Shown: positions 32,488 through 42,035, counted from the whole stretch's first letter. The stretch is DNA of 61,459 bases, filler included, from Nitrospinae bacterium RIFCSPLOWO2_12_FULL_45_22 (GCA_001803565.1; 4 parts of 4 records of this genome joined end to end with filler, not necessarily neighbours in it); one strand, 5' to 3'. Translations and numbers: made by a program. The notes: generated from the letters alone by a model not told the origin.

Positions 32488-33339
32488 CTATTTGCCCAGA
32501 GCCTCCTCCCTCTTCCCGGCATCGGGAAAAAATAGGGGCTGGCCAAATTTATCCTTCCCAAAACCCTCTATAATCCTCTGAGCCTCTTTAGATACCATAA
32601 ATGCCCTAAAACTCTTTGCTCCATCACTATTGACCTTAGGCCATCTGGCAGGATTGACCTCTATTACATGATATATGTTCAGGAGGCTCTTATCCCCTTG
32701 TAGGAGGATGCTGAGGTAGAGGTTCTTTTTCAGGGCCAGGTAGGTTGCCCTATCTGTTAGGCAATACCCCCCTTTTTCTGAGGCTACAGCAAGGGTCTGG
32801 CCCATACCCAGGCCGGTCTGCTGATACCATTTTTCTGTTGAAGGATCAATACCAGCCAGTTTCCATAGAGACTTTTCTTTGGCATGGGTCCCAGAGTTAT
32901 CTCCCCGGGAGAGAAATAATGCCTTTGCCTCTGATATGTGCTTAAAGGCCATCGGAGCGGATTTTAACCCCTTTATCCTGGCCGGATCTTTTGCCGGACC
33001 CACAATGATAAAGTCATTGTGCATAACCAGTCTGCGGTTGATACCAAGACCCTGGGCTAAAAATTTCTCCTCTGCCTCAGGGGAATGCACCAGAAGCACA
33101 TCGGCTTCACCCCTCTCTCCCATGGCCATGGCCTGGCCTGAACCTACGGCAATGGTCTTTACCACATAGCCTGCCTCCTTCTCAAAGACCGGGATCAGGA
33201 CATCTAGCAGGCCAGAATCCTGGGTACTGGTGGTGGTAGCCAGGATGATATCCTTTACCTTCTCTGCACTTAAAACCGGCCCAGATAATATTATGGATAA
33301 TACTAATGCTATAAAAACCAGGATCTTTTTCTTCATCAT
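32488..33339 (-). CDS. tupA: Tungstate-binding periplasmic protein
   Basis: ATTTSTQDSGLL TupA signature, SRGDNSGTH. Confidence 0.92.
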   Translation of the reverse strand: MMKKKILVFIALVLSIILSGPVLSAEKVKDIILATTTSTQDSGLLDVLIPVFEKEAGYVVKTIAVGSGQAMAMGERGEADVLLVHSPEAEEKFLAQGLGINRRLVMHNDFIIVGPAKDPARIKGLKSAPMAFKHISEAKALFLSRGDNSGTHAKEKSLWKLAGIDPSTEKWYQQTGLGMGQTLAVASEKGGYCLTDRATYLALKKNLYLSILLQGDKSLLNIYHVIEVNPARWPKVNSDGAKSFRAFMVSKEAQRIIEGFGKDKFGQPLFFPDAGKREEALGK

Positions 33340-33354
33340 ACCCTCCCTTAAAAA

Positions 33355-34692
33355 TTAAAAATCTACCTGGAATCTGCTAAGGATAAGGTCTTCCTGGTCA
33401 TCACCTTTTAGATCGGAGAGGTTATCATCAAATTCATTCCGGACATAATTGAGGCTGACCCGGAACATATTGTGGGGATACCAGTTGGCACCCAGCGTGA
33501 AGGAATTTACCCTATCCGTACCCGTAGCAAACCCTTGCTTAAATATCCCCTGGTCTACGTCTAGGGATTCATACCTGGCGGCCAGTTCTAATGCCCCCCA
33601 GCCACCCCTGGCAGGGTTAAAGTTATGTTTGGGTTTGACCCGGCCAAATACCCCCTCTTTCAGGTTCTCTTTCTCACCGGTAAGAAACCAGCTCACACTG
33701 CCATACCAACCAGCTACATCCAGGTCATGTCGCTTGCCAGAAAACTCCAGATCAGCCCACTGGGTCCTCATCCATTCCCCTTTCAGGGATAATGGGCCCA
33801 GTAACCAGGCCAGTTCTGCGCCGGAACGTAACCGACGGCTGTCATTCCTGACCCCTTTTGTCCAGGTAACAATACCGGTTTCTGAGCCAGGTACTACCAG
33901 ATTCCCCGGGGTACCTTCCTGGTTCCCCCAGGTAAAGGCGCCACCAAGCTGGAGCCCTTTCAGAAACGGCATCCCACTCTTTATAAAGGGGCGGAGATAG
34001 ACCCTGCTAGCAACATCTTTATCATCATTCTCGTCCCTCTTTTTGTTCCGTCCATTGCCATTAAAAATCCCTACCCCATAACCCAGCATGCCATTAAATA
34101 GGTTGGCATGGAGCATTGCCCCAATATCGCGTCCCGGGGCAATATTGTTAGCGATGATGGAGCGTTCCACAAAATCTACGAACCTGAACGACGTGAGTTG
34201 CTCTAGACTAAATGGCTCTTTGTATTGTCCTAGCATTATCCTGGCAAAGGGCAGATGGGTAAGGTTGATATAACCATCAGTCAGGTTGGCATCTTTACCC
34301 TCCCCGAAATCTATCTCTGCCTTGAACTCAGTGTTTTTGAATAGCGTACCCGCTGCATTGATCCTGGCCCGTTTAATAGCAAAAGAGCTATCTTCTCGAC
34401 CATTGTTATCCAGGCCCAGATAGTCCATGTGGGCCCTGCCACCGATAGTCATCTTAAAGGCATTATCCGGGGTAGCAACATGAAAACCATCCTTATAATA
34501 AGCTTTAAGGGCCCCGCTCTTCTTTTCTTTCTCTTTAACCCGTGCCAGGAGTTGATCTACTTCGGTCTGGGTAAGGATACCTTTGTCCTTCAGCAACATA
34601 ATCAATTCTTCATCCGCACCATAACTAGCCATAGGATAAATACAGACAGAAATAAGTAAATAAGCCAATACCCTGCCAATTTTCTTCTTCAT
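33355..34692 (-). CDS. OprO/OprP-like anion-selective porin
   Basis: Signal peptide, RARI, GQYKEPFSLE, GAWELAARY-like GALELAARY, TLGANWY, C-terminal aromatic (FQVDF). Confidence 0.85.
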   Translation of the reverse strand: MKKKIGRVLAYLLISVCIYPMASYGADEELIMLLKDKGILTQTEVDQLLARVKEKEKKSGALKAYYKDGFHVATPDNAFKMTIGGRAHMDYLGLDNNGREDSSFAIKRARINAAGTLFKNTEFKAEIDFGEGKDANLTDGYINLTHLPFARIMLGQYKEPFSLEQLTSFRFVDFVERSIIANNIAPGRDIGAMLHANLFNGMLGYGVGIFNGNGRNKKRDENDDKDVASRVYLRPFIKSGMPFLKGLQLGGAFTWGNQEGTPGNLVVPGSETGIVTWTKGVRNDSRRLRSGAELAWLLGPLSLKGEWMRTQWADLEFSGKRHDLDVAGWYGSVSWFLTGEKENLKEGVFGRVKPKHNFNPARGGWGALELAARYESLDVDQGIFKQGFATGTDRVNSFTLGANWYPHNMFRVSLNYVRNEFDDNLSDLKGDDQEDLILSRFQVDF

Positions 34693-34807
34693 TTACCACC
34701 TCCATTGGTTTTGCTCTGTTCAGATTCATTCTTCCCAAACATTCCAGTTTATCGAAAACCAATATCCTTTTATCTCACCCCCTCTCCCAAATTATGGGGT
34801 GCAAGCT

Positions 34808-35707
34808 TTATCCCCTCTGGATTATTGTGCCGGAATCAGTAGTATCATAACCGCCTAATTCCTGTACCCTTTCCCGGAAATCCTTAGAGCCCAGCAGTGC
34901 CAGCAGGGATTGTATTTGGGGGGCAAAAAAATACTCTTCCGGGATCAGCAAGTCAAAGCGCTCTTTAGTAAGGGGAATAAAATCTAAACCTAGATAGCGA
35001 GCTACCGATAATACCCCTAAACCTGCATCGGCCTTACCCCGTAAGATTTCAATCCCCACTTCTAAATGGGTAGCTACTTCTTTCTGATATCCCACTACTT
35101 TGGCAGGCCCGATCTTCGAATCCTGCAAAAGGCTATCCAACAGCAGCCGGGTGCCAGAGCCCCCCTGGCGGTTGATGAACCTGGCTTTTTTGCGAACCGC
35201 ATCCAGCAGGCCTCGAATTTTTAAGGGATTGCCCGGGCTGACCATAAGCCCCTGGTCCCGGTATACCAGGTTTACTAACACGAGTTTCTCCCCCTTAAGA
35301 TAGGGGAGGTTATACTGGCCGGTTCTGGAGTCCAGCAGGTGTATGGCAGACAGATGGGCCCTGCCCTCTTTCAGGGCTTGTAACCCAGCCATACTACCAA
35401 CATTACCGGAGACAATAATACTTTCGGGGAAACGCTGTCTCAATCTAGTCAGCAGGTAGTCCAGGCTTAAGTCATTACTGCCGAGGACAATCATATGATC
35501 GCTCAGAGAAGCAGGGGAAGGGGTAAGGGTCAGGTTCTCTTTGGCCTTGGTCTCTATCCATTCGTCAATAAGCCTCTTAGGGAAAAGCCACTTACCCGTT
35601 ATCCGGGTCGCTGGTATCCTTCCTTTCTTAATGAGATGATAGACCTGTTTCTCATTAATATTCAGGTAGTTTGCTACCTCTTTGGTATCCAACAAATCTT
35701 TGGTCAT
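34808..35707 (-). CDS. Excisionase-like HTH + PBP oxyanion-binding transcriptional regulator
   Basis: LLDTKEVANYLNINEKQVY HTH; GSND, GSMAGL, FINRQGGSGTR PBP domain. Confidence 0.88.
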   Translation of the reverse strand: MTKDLLDTKEVANYLNINEKQVYHLIKKGRIPATRITGKWLFPKRLIDEWIETKAKENLTLTPSPASLSDHMIVLGSNDLSLDYLLTRLRQRFPESIIVSGNVGSMAGLQALKEGRAHLSAIHLLDSRTGQYNLPYLKGEKLVLVNLVYRDQGLMVSPGNPLKIRGLLDAVRKKARFINRQGGSGTRLLLDSLLQDSKIGPAKVVGYQKEVATHLEVGIEILRGKADAGLGVLSVARYLGLDFIPLTKERFDLLIPEEYFFAPQIQSLLALLGSKDFRERVQELGGYDTTDSGTIIQRG

Positions 35708-35869
35708 CTCCTTGCCAGAAAGATGGGAGAATCTTCCAGGCCCTCCCCTGTCTATAGTTCAATAAAAGGTCAAAAAATATTCTACCGAAAAAAAAGATAT
35801 ATGTAAAGAAAAAAAATAACAAAAATAGACAAAAAATAACTTTTTATAACTTATGGCCCCATAAAAAAG

Positions 35870-35982
35870 GTAACCGTTCACCCATTTATTCCATCGTATT
35901 GTCATTCTGAGCGATAGCGAAGAATCTTTTTCTTTTAAGACCCCTCGCTCTGCTCAGGGTGACAGATCCAGTGAACGGTTAC
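35870..35982. mobile_element. MITE-type TIRs enclosing a GTCATT palindrome
   Basis: GTAACCGTTCAC...GTGAACGGTTAC around GTCATTCTGAGCGATAGCGAAGAATCT...CCCCTCGCTCTGCTCAGGGTGAC. Confidence 0.75.
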
Positions 35983-36151
35983 CTTTAGTTTACTATCTCC
36001 TTATATTAGATCTTTTCTTCATTCGTGCCATTAGTCTATTCGTGTAATTCGTGTCCCCTTTTTCAACCCACTACAAATTATTTCTGGCCTTCTCGAAAGG
36101 ATGCGGAATGTAAGATAAATGATTATTCCAGAACACAGAGAGATTAAATCT

Positions 36152-36181
36152 TTGACATTGTTTAGAAATTTATATTATAAT
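36152..36181 (+). promoter_or_regulatory. Sigma70 promoter of the RRM gene
   Basis: TTGACA-N18-TATAAT. Confidence 0.6.
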
Positions 36182-36337
36182 TAATTCCAAGATAATCCTG
36201 GCATCAGGGTTATTAAATCAAGGGATAGCTTAAAGTCTTATTAGATTGTTTTTGTTGGTTTTCCATTAACCCTCAAGGACCTTCTATAAAGTCTTTGAGG
36301 GTTTTTTATTTTCAGACCTTTTAAGGGAGGTAAGCAG

Positions 36338-36697
36338 ATGGCAAAGACGTTGTATGTAGGGAATGTTTCTCCCCAAGCAAGTGAGAATGATTTATTAGAA
36401 CTCTTCCAACAAGCTGGTCCAGTAGACTCTATCCGGGTACTAAAAGATCCCCATTCTGGTATATCAAGGGGGTTTGGTTTTGTGGAGATGGCTAACCAGG
36501 AAGATGCCCAAAGGGCAATTAGCATGTTCAACAATCATCGTTTAAAAGATAAAGAACTGATCGTCAATGAGGCCCGGCCTAGGCGTCCTGTTGACCGACC
36601 CGGTCGCAGCAGCGGTGGTGGTGGCCGGAGGGATTATTTTTCTGGGGGTGCCGGTCGCAGCAGCGGTGGTGGTGGTGGTGGCCGGAAGAGATACTAA
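36338..36697 (+). CDS. RRM RNA-binding protein with Gly-rich tail
   Basis: LYVGN (RNP2), RGFGFVEM (RNP1), VNEARP. Confidence 0.95.
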   Translation: MAKTLYVGNVSPQASENDLLELFQQAGPVDSIRVLKDPHSGISRGFGFVEMANQEDAQRAISMFNNHRLKDKELIVNEARPRRPVDRPGRSSGGGGRRDYFSGGAGRSSGGGGGGRKRY

Positions 36698-36852
36698 TAA
36701 ACTACGGTTAATTGTAAATATCCCTCGGCCGGCAAGACTTTTACCTTCCCGGTTGACCATGAGAAATGCTGCGGAGAGCTACTCCCGAAGAATTGGCTGA
36801 AGGGTTTATTAGATAAAATAGGATATTGTGTGATATAGATAAGGGAGGAATA

Positions 36853-37029
36853 ATGGGTAACCCATTAGAAGTCAAGGTATATGATGATCTGGAGAGGGCT
36901 TTAAGAAATCTTAAAAAGAAGGTTATCCAGGAAGGGGTCTTTAAGGAACTGAAAAAAAGGCGCTTCCACGAGAAACCCAGTGTAAAGCGAAAGAGGAAGA
37001 AGTTAGAGGCTTCCAGGAAACGGCCTTAG
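36853..37029 (+). CDS. rpsU: 30S ribosomal protein S21
   Basis: LERALRNLKKKV...ELKKRRFHEKPSVKRKRK; GGAGG RBS. Confidence 0.92.
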   Translation: MGNPLEVKVYDDLERALRNLKKKVIQEGVFKELKKRRFHEKPSVKRKRKKLEASRKRP

Positions 37030-37271
37030 TAAGAAATAGATCATGATAGCTCTTGAACTATACCTTTTCTAGAAAGTACTCACCCAACTACCAACCTCTT
37101 AAACTCTTGTCGCAGAGAACGCAGAGAAAAATGACCTTTTTTACCTCTGCGGACTCTGCGTCTGTTGCGGTTAATTTCCACTTTTTCTGCACCTAAAAAC
37201 CATCTCATATCCTGCCTCTATCCTTGCTAAAGGATAAAATTTTGGGACATGTCCAAATATATCCCGAATGG

Positions 37272-37318
37272 TTGACAGAGGGGTTGATTTAGTGGTACAA
37301 TTTATTTTTTGGTAACAC
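37272..37318 (+). promoter_or_regulatory. nikR promoter with overlapping candidate NikR operator
   Basis: TTGACA-N18-TACAAT with extended -10 TG; GTGGTAC-N13-GTAACAC pseudo-palindrome at 37292-37318. Confidence 0.6.
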
Positions 37319-37344
37319 CTAAGGGGGACAATAGGGAGAGAATA

Positions 37345-37764
37345 ATGGGGGGATTAGTCAGGTTTGGTGTTTCTATAGACTCAAAGCTACTGACCCTTTT
37401 TGATAAATTAATCGCCGAAAAGGGCTATACTAACCGCTCCGAAGCTATCCGGGATTTGATCCGAGACCTCCTGGTGGAGACTCGGTGGGAGAAAGGGGAT
37501 GAAGAGGCTATTGGGATTATCAGTATTGTCTATAGTCACGAGGTAAGGGAGTTGATGGAAAAATTGGCGGATTTGCAGCACCAGAACTATGCCGCCATCG
37601 TCTCTACCTTACATCTCCACCTGGACCAGCATAACTGTCTGGAAGTCCTTATTGTAAAAGGGAAGAACCAAGAGATAAGAAAAATTTCTGATGGCCTCAT
37701 TGCTACTAAAGGGGTAAGGCATGGTCGGCTGACCCTTGCTAGCACCGGTAAGGATCTGTACTGA
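37345..37764 (+). CDS. nikR: Nickel-responsive regulator
   Basis: VRFGVS ribbon, NRSEAIRDLIR, HLHLDQHNCLE. Confidence 0.95.
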   Translation: MGGLVRFGVSIDSKLLTLFDKLIAEKGYTNRSEAIRDLIRDLLVETRWEKGDEEAIGIISIVYSHEVRELMEKLADLQHQNYAAIVSTLHLHLDQHNCLEVLIVKGKNQEIRKISDGLIATKGVRHGRLTLASTGKDLY

Positions 37765-37922
37765 ATAAATAATAGAGAATTTGTGATTACCTGGCCACGA
37801 AGGGACACGAAAGGGGCACTAAAAAGAAACTCAGCCTCTTTGGTAATTGAACAGTCACAAAAAATTTTCTCTTTTTAGTAACACAATTTTCCCTTTTTGC
37901 CCTGCTACTATCTGTTATTTTT

Positions 37923-38696
37923 ATGGGAAAAGTATTATTAACCGCTGATTATCCTTACCCAGAGAAATTGGGCTGCCTGGCCAGACTGAGACCCCGGAGC
38001 CAGATAGTGGGCCTGTTAGGTTATGTCATCTCCGTAGTCTCGGTTCCTACCGCAGATTTTTTTGGGCTGAGCAGGCATTTTCTATTGCTCTGCATCATTA
38101 TTGCGCTAGCCCGGGTATCTATCCCTTTTCTTTTAAAGAGGTGCCTGGTCTTATTCCCTTTTGTCTTTCTGGTAGCGGCCTTCATCCCTTTTCTCAAGGA
38201 AGGAAGGGTATTGGTGGAGTTCGACCTCCCAGTTATCAAGCTGGGGCTGACTGAAGAAGGCCTCTTGCTCTTCCTTACGGTTTCTTTTAAGGCCCTTTTG
38301 TCCTTTTTGGCCCTGACGACCCTGATGGCTATCTGCCCTTTTCCCCAACTCCTCAAGGCATTGGAGAGGCTGAAGATACCCCGGATATTGCTTGTGATGC
38401 TCTCGATACTCTACCGCTATCTCCTGATCCTCCTGGAAGAGGGGCAGAGGATAATGCTGGCCCGCGATATCCGATATTTTGGTGGCCACTACAAAGAACA
38501 GCCCCGCATATTGGGAAATATGCTTGGCAGTATATTTATAAGGACTTATGAGCGGGCCGAGCGGGTCTATGGCGCTATGCTAGTACGGGGTTACCAGGGG
38601 CGGGTAGTGATTTTAGAAGAAAACAAGGCCACCTATAGAGATTTTATCTTTTTGCTGATCATTCTAACTACCCTTATATGCATCCAGCTATGGTAA
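37923..38696 (+). CDS. Ni/Co ECF transporter T component (CbiQ/NikQ)
   Basis: YRYL, RTYERAERVYGAMLVRGY. Confidence 0.9.
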   Translation: MGKVLLTADYPYPEKLGCLARLRPRSQIVGLLGYVISVVSVPTADFFGLSRHFLLLCIIIALARVSIPFLLKRCLVLFPFVFLVAAFIPFLKEGRVLVEFDLPVIKLGLTEEGLLLFLTVSFKALLSFLALTTLMAICPFPQLLKALERLKIPRILLVMLSILYRYLLILLEEGQRIMLARDIRYFGGHYKEQPRILGNMLGSIFIRTYERAERVYGAMLVRGYQGRVVILEENKATYRDFIFLLIILTTLICIQLW

Positions 38697-38773
38697 CAGT
38701 TCACGGAGTTCAGGTAACAGGGTTCAGGAAAAGACTTCCCGACAACTGATCCCTGAACCCAGTGAACTATTAC
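38693..38773. mobile_element. Internally deleted MITE (81 bp)
   Basis: GTAACAGTTCAC...GTGAACTATTAC; left and right ends of the 160-bp element fused; flanked by a 16-bp duplication. Confidence 0.85.
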
Positions 38774-38786
38774 TAGGCATCCAGCT

Positions 38787-39602
38787 ATGATAGGTGTGAA
38801 ACCGGCTATAAAGGTCACTAACTTGAGGTATTCGTATCCAGATAAGACATTGGGCCTGAATGGTATAACCTTCGAGATAACAGAGAAAGAGCTTGTTTGC
38901 TTCATTGGTACCAATGGATCGGGTAAGACCACTTTACTGCTGAATCTAATGGGTATATTGGTAGGCGAAGGCGAGATAGAGATATTGGGGAGTCGGCTGC
39001 AAAAGAAGAACCAGCGCGAGATCTGGCGCCAAATGGGATTCTTATTCCAGAACCCGGACGATCAACTGTTTTCCCTTACGGTTCAGGATGATGTGACCTT
39101 TGGCCCTTTGAATATGGGCTGGCCCCGAGAAAGGGTTTTACAAGCCTCAGCAAAGGCCCTGAGTCAGGTAGGGCTGGATGGTTTTCAAGGGCGATCTCCC
39201 CATCGGCTCAGCTTCGGAGAGAAGAAAAGGGTAGGATTAGCTTCTATCCTGGCTATGGAGCCCAGGATTCTTCTGCTTGACGAACCTACAGCCGGTTTAG
39301 ACCCCCGCAGCTCTACAGAATTCATTGATCTCCTGGATGATCTTCATCACCAGGGTAAGACTATCCTGGTGGCCACTCATGACCTACACCTGGTCTATGA
39401 AATAGCCCAGCGGGTTATGGTTTTGGGGGAGAATAAAACGATAGTAGCCGAGGGTGACCCTCGAAAACTGCTGCGAGACTCTGAGCTTCTCCTAAAAAAT
39501 AATCTGATCCATCAGCACCGCCACGGGCATCGCCGCACAACCCATATCCATCACCACTACCACCTGGGACATGAGCATCATTTAGAAGAGAGAACAGAGT
39601 AA
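38787..39602 (+). CDS. Ni/Co ECF transporter ATPase (CbiO/NikO) with His-rich tail
   Basis: GTNGSGKT, FQNPDDQ, LSFGEKKR, DEPT; C-terminal HQHRHGH...HIHHHYHLGHEHH. Confidence 0.92.
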   Translation: MIGVKPAIKVTNLRYSYPDKTLGLNGITFEITEKELVCFIGTNGSGKTTLLLNLMGILVGEGEIEILGSRLQKKNQREIWRQMGFLFQNPDDQLFSLTVQDDVTFGPLNMGWPRERVLQASAKALSQVGLDGFQGRSPHRLSFGEKKRVGLASILAMEPRILLLDEPTAGLDPRSSTEFIDLLDDLHHQGKTILVATHDLHLVYEIAQRVMVLGENKTIVAEGDPRKLLRDSELLLKNNLIHQHRHGHRRTTHIHHHYHLGHEHHLEERTE

Positions 39603-40234
39603 TGCATATACCAGATGGTTTTTTGGATACTAAGACCTGGGTATCCCTCTATCTGGTCTCGGCAGGGGCAATAGGCATTTCCGTTAACCGGGCTAACCGT
39701 CAGATGGAAGATAAAAGGATACCGCTCATGGGGGTGATGGCAGCCTTTGTCTTTGTGGCGCAGATGCTGAACTTCCCGGTCGCTGGTGGCACCAGTGGTC
39801 ATTTTGTTGGGGCTGCGTTTATTGCTATCCTATTGGGTCCTTGGGCTGCCCTCCTGGTTATAACCAGTATACTCCTGGTACAATGTTTACTATTTCAAGA
39901 TGGGGGCCTTACGGCTCTAGGAGCCAATATTTTCAATATGGGGATAGTGGGTGGCTTTATTGGTTTTTATAGCTATCTAGGGATTAGTTATCTCTTCCCA
40001 AAGAAAGGTTTGTTGGCAGCCGCATTTCTGGCAGGGTTTTTGTCTGTCCTGACCTCAGCTACGGCCTGTGCCTTGGAGCTGGCCTTTTCCGGGACGGTTC
40101 CTCTAATGCCTGGGTTAATAGCTATTAGTTTTGTCCATACCCCCATTGGTCTGGGAGAAGGTTTGATCAATATAGGGGCTATCCTATTCCTCCAGAAGAC
40201 TAGGCCAGACTTACTAGAGCTAGATCGCATGTAG
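39602..40234 (+). CDS. Ni/Co ECF transporter S component (CbiM/NikM)
   Basis: N-terminal MHIPDGFL signature, GTSGH, DGGLTALGAN. Confidence 0.93.
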   Translation: MHIPDGFLDTKTWVSLYLVSAGAIGISVNRANRQMEDKRIPLMGVMAAFVFVAQMLNFPVAGGTSGHFVGAAFIAILLGPWAALLVITSILLVQCLLFQDGGLTALGANIFNMGIVGGFIGFYSYLGISYLFPKKGLLAAAFLAGFLSVLTSATACALELAFSGTVPLMPGLIAISFVHTPIGLGEGLINIGAILFLQKTRPDLLELDRM

Positions 40235-40265
40235 ATGTGACACTAAATAGGAGGAGGAAAGGCCA

Positions 40266-40544
40266 TTGCCTAACAAGGCATCCTGGCCGTTTTGGCTGCT
40301 CATAGGTATTCTTATTCTGCTGACACCCTTTGCCTCTGAGCTCCCGGATGGCCTGGAAAGGGTAGCACATGACCTGGGTTTTATGAAGCAGGATAAAACC
40401 GGGGCTATTATCAGCAGCCCCCTGGCCGACTATAGCATCTCCGGCCTGGCTAAGAATAAGCTATCTACTGCGCTCGCCTGCGTAGTCGGAGTGGTATTGG
40501 TTTTTCTTATTAGTTGTAGCATTGCAAAATGGCGATCTTTGTAA
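40266..40544 (+). CDS. PDGLE-domain protein (NikN-like)
   Basis: ASELPDGLERVA between two TM segments. Confidence 0.88.
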   Translation: MPNKASWPFWLLIGILILLTPFASELPDGLERVAHDLGFMKQDKTGAIISSPLADYSISGLAKNKLSTALACVVGVVLVFLISCSIAKWRSL

Positions 40545-40615
40545 ATGACTTTTTATCTATTAAGGTTAGAGCGGGGGTATGCTCATTACTAAAGTAAGGA
40601 GTAATAATATTTAGT

Positions 40616-40644
40616 TTGACTTCCGAAAAGGACATTTATATAAT
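40616..40644 (+). promoter_or_regulatory. Sigma70 promoter
   Basis: TTGACT-N17-TATAAT upstream of the radical SAM gene. Confidence 0.6.
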
Positions 40645-40756
40645 ATGAACTATAGTTCATTTTTTAATTGCTTGATAGGCCGATGGAGATACCGAAGGCG
40701 AGAGAAAAGTTTGCTTCCGAGTAATTTGTAGAATGAAGAATTAGGGAGGAGAATTT

Positions 40757-42035
40757 ATGACCAAGGTATTGTTCACTACCCCATGCCAGCCATTTCCTGT
40801 CCAGTTTAACAACGTCTCTCTTACTGACCAGGCATCTCAGCGATTTACTCAGCAGCAGGATATCTTTACTATGAGTGGTCACGTGCATTGTTATGGAATG
40901 CACCTGATTGCCCAGAATATCTCAGCTCCTTCAATATATCTAGAATACCCTACCTGGGACTATTTTGAGAAAGAAGTCCGGAAGGGATACGACTTTGTAG
41001 GGATAGGGTTCTTCCAGACGTGTACCGATATCGTGCTAGATATGTGTAAGATGATCCGCAAGTTATCTCCCCAGAGTAAGATCGTCCTGGGCCATTATGG
41101 CGCCCTGGCCTTTAATGCGTACTATCCAGAGGATTTTAAGAAGGAGCATTGTGACTATATCTGTATTGGTGAAGGGGTATACTTTTTCCGTCAGCTCTTA
41201 GGGGAGCCGGTAGATGCCCCGATCAGCCAGCGCTTCTTCCCTCGCTGTGGAGATGGCTTCCCCTGGCTCGATAAGCACGCCAAGGGTAATACCACCTTTA
41301 TTATTGCGGGCTTAGGCTGCCCATCTGGATGTGATTTCTGCGCTACTACGGAAATGCATGCCAATCAGCGGGTACAGCTCTTTACTCCCGATAAGATATT
41401 TGAAACCATGAAGAATATCTTTCGGACCCAGCCAGATACGCTATGCGTGATAGTTTATGATGAAGACTGGCTCAAGTATCCCGAGGAGGTACGAGAGGTA
41501 GGCCGGCTGATCCAGGAAGATACCGAATTTGGGCTGAGGAAACTCAACTGGCTAGGCTTGAGCAGCATTGAATCCTTGAGCCAGTATGATTTTGATGAGC
41601 TTCCGCTGACTGGTTTTAAAAACACCTTTATTGGCATAGAATCCAAGTTTGCTCCCCAGGAGGGCTACCAGAAGCGAACAGCAACCCTAGGCGCCAAAGA
41701 GACTATCCATACCCTGCAGGATCGAGGTATAGCTACTACCGGTGGGCTGATGCTGGGGTTTGATTTCCATGACCGGGTAAATATCCAGGAAGATATTAAC
41801 TACTATGTCGCCTGTGGGTTGACTACCCACCAGATCAGTCAGGTAGTGCCCTTCCCCGGTACCCCTCTATGGTACCGGCTAAAAGAAGAGGGCAGGGTAT
41901 TTGATGTTCCCTGGATCGAGGTAGGGTTTTATGGTGGTGGGGGTTATAAGTATAAGAATTTTGAGAACCATGAGCTCCAGGCCCTGATCTTAGAAGGCTA
42001 TCGGCGTTTTTATGAGACCTGGGGGCCATCAGCAA
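40757..42035 (+). CDS. B12-binding radical SAM protein (truncated at contig end)
   Basis: GCPSGCDFC (CxxxCxxC), GEG, PFPGTPL; N-terminal cobalamin-binding-like domain. Confidence 0.88.

Noticed and set aside
36600-36680. Duplicated CGGTCGCAGCAGCGGTGGTGGTGG
   Set aside because: Encodes the ordinary Gly/Ser/Arg-rich tail of an RRM protein.
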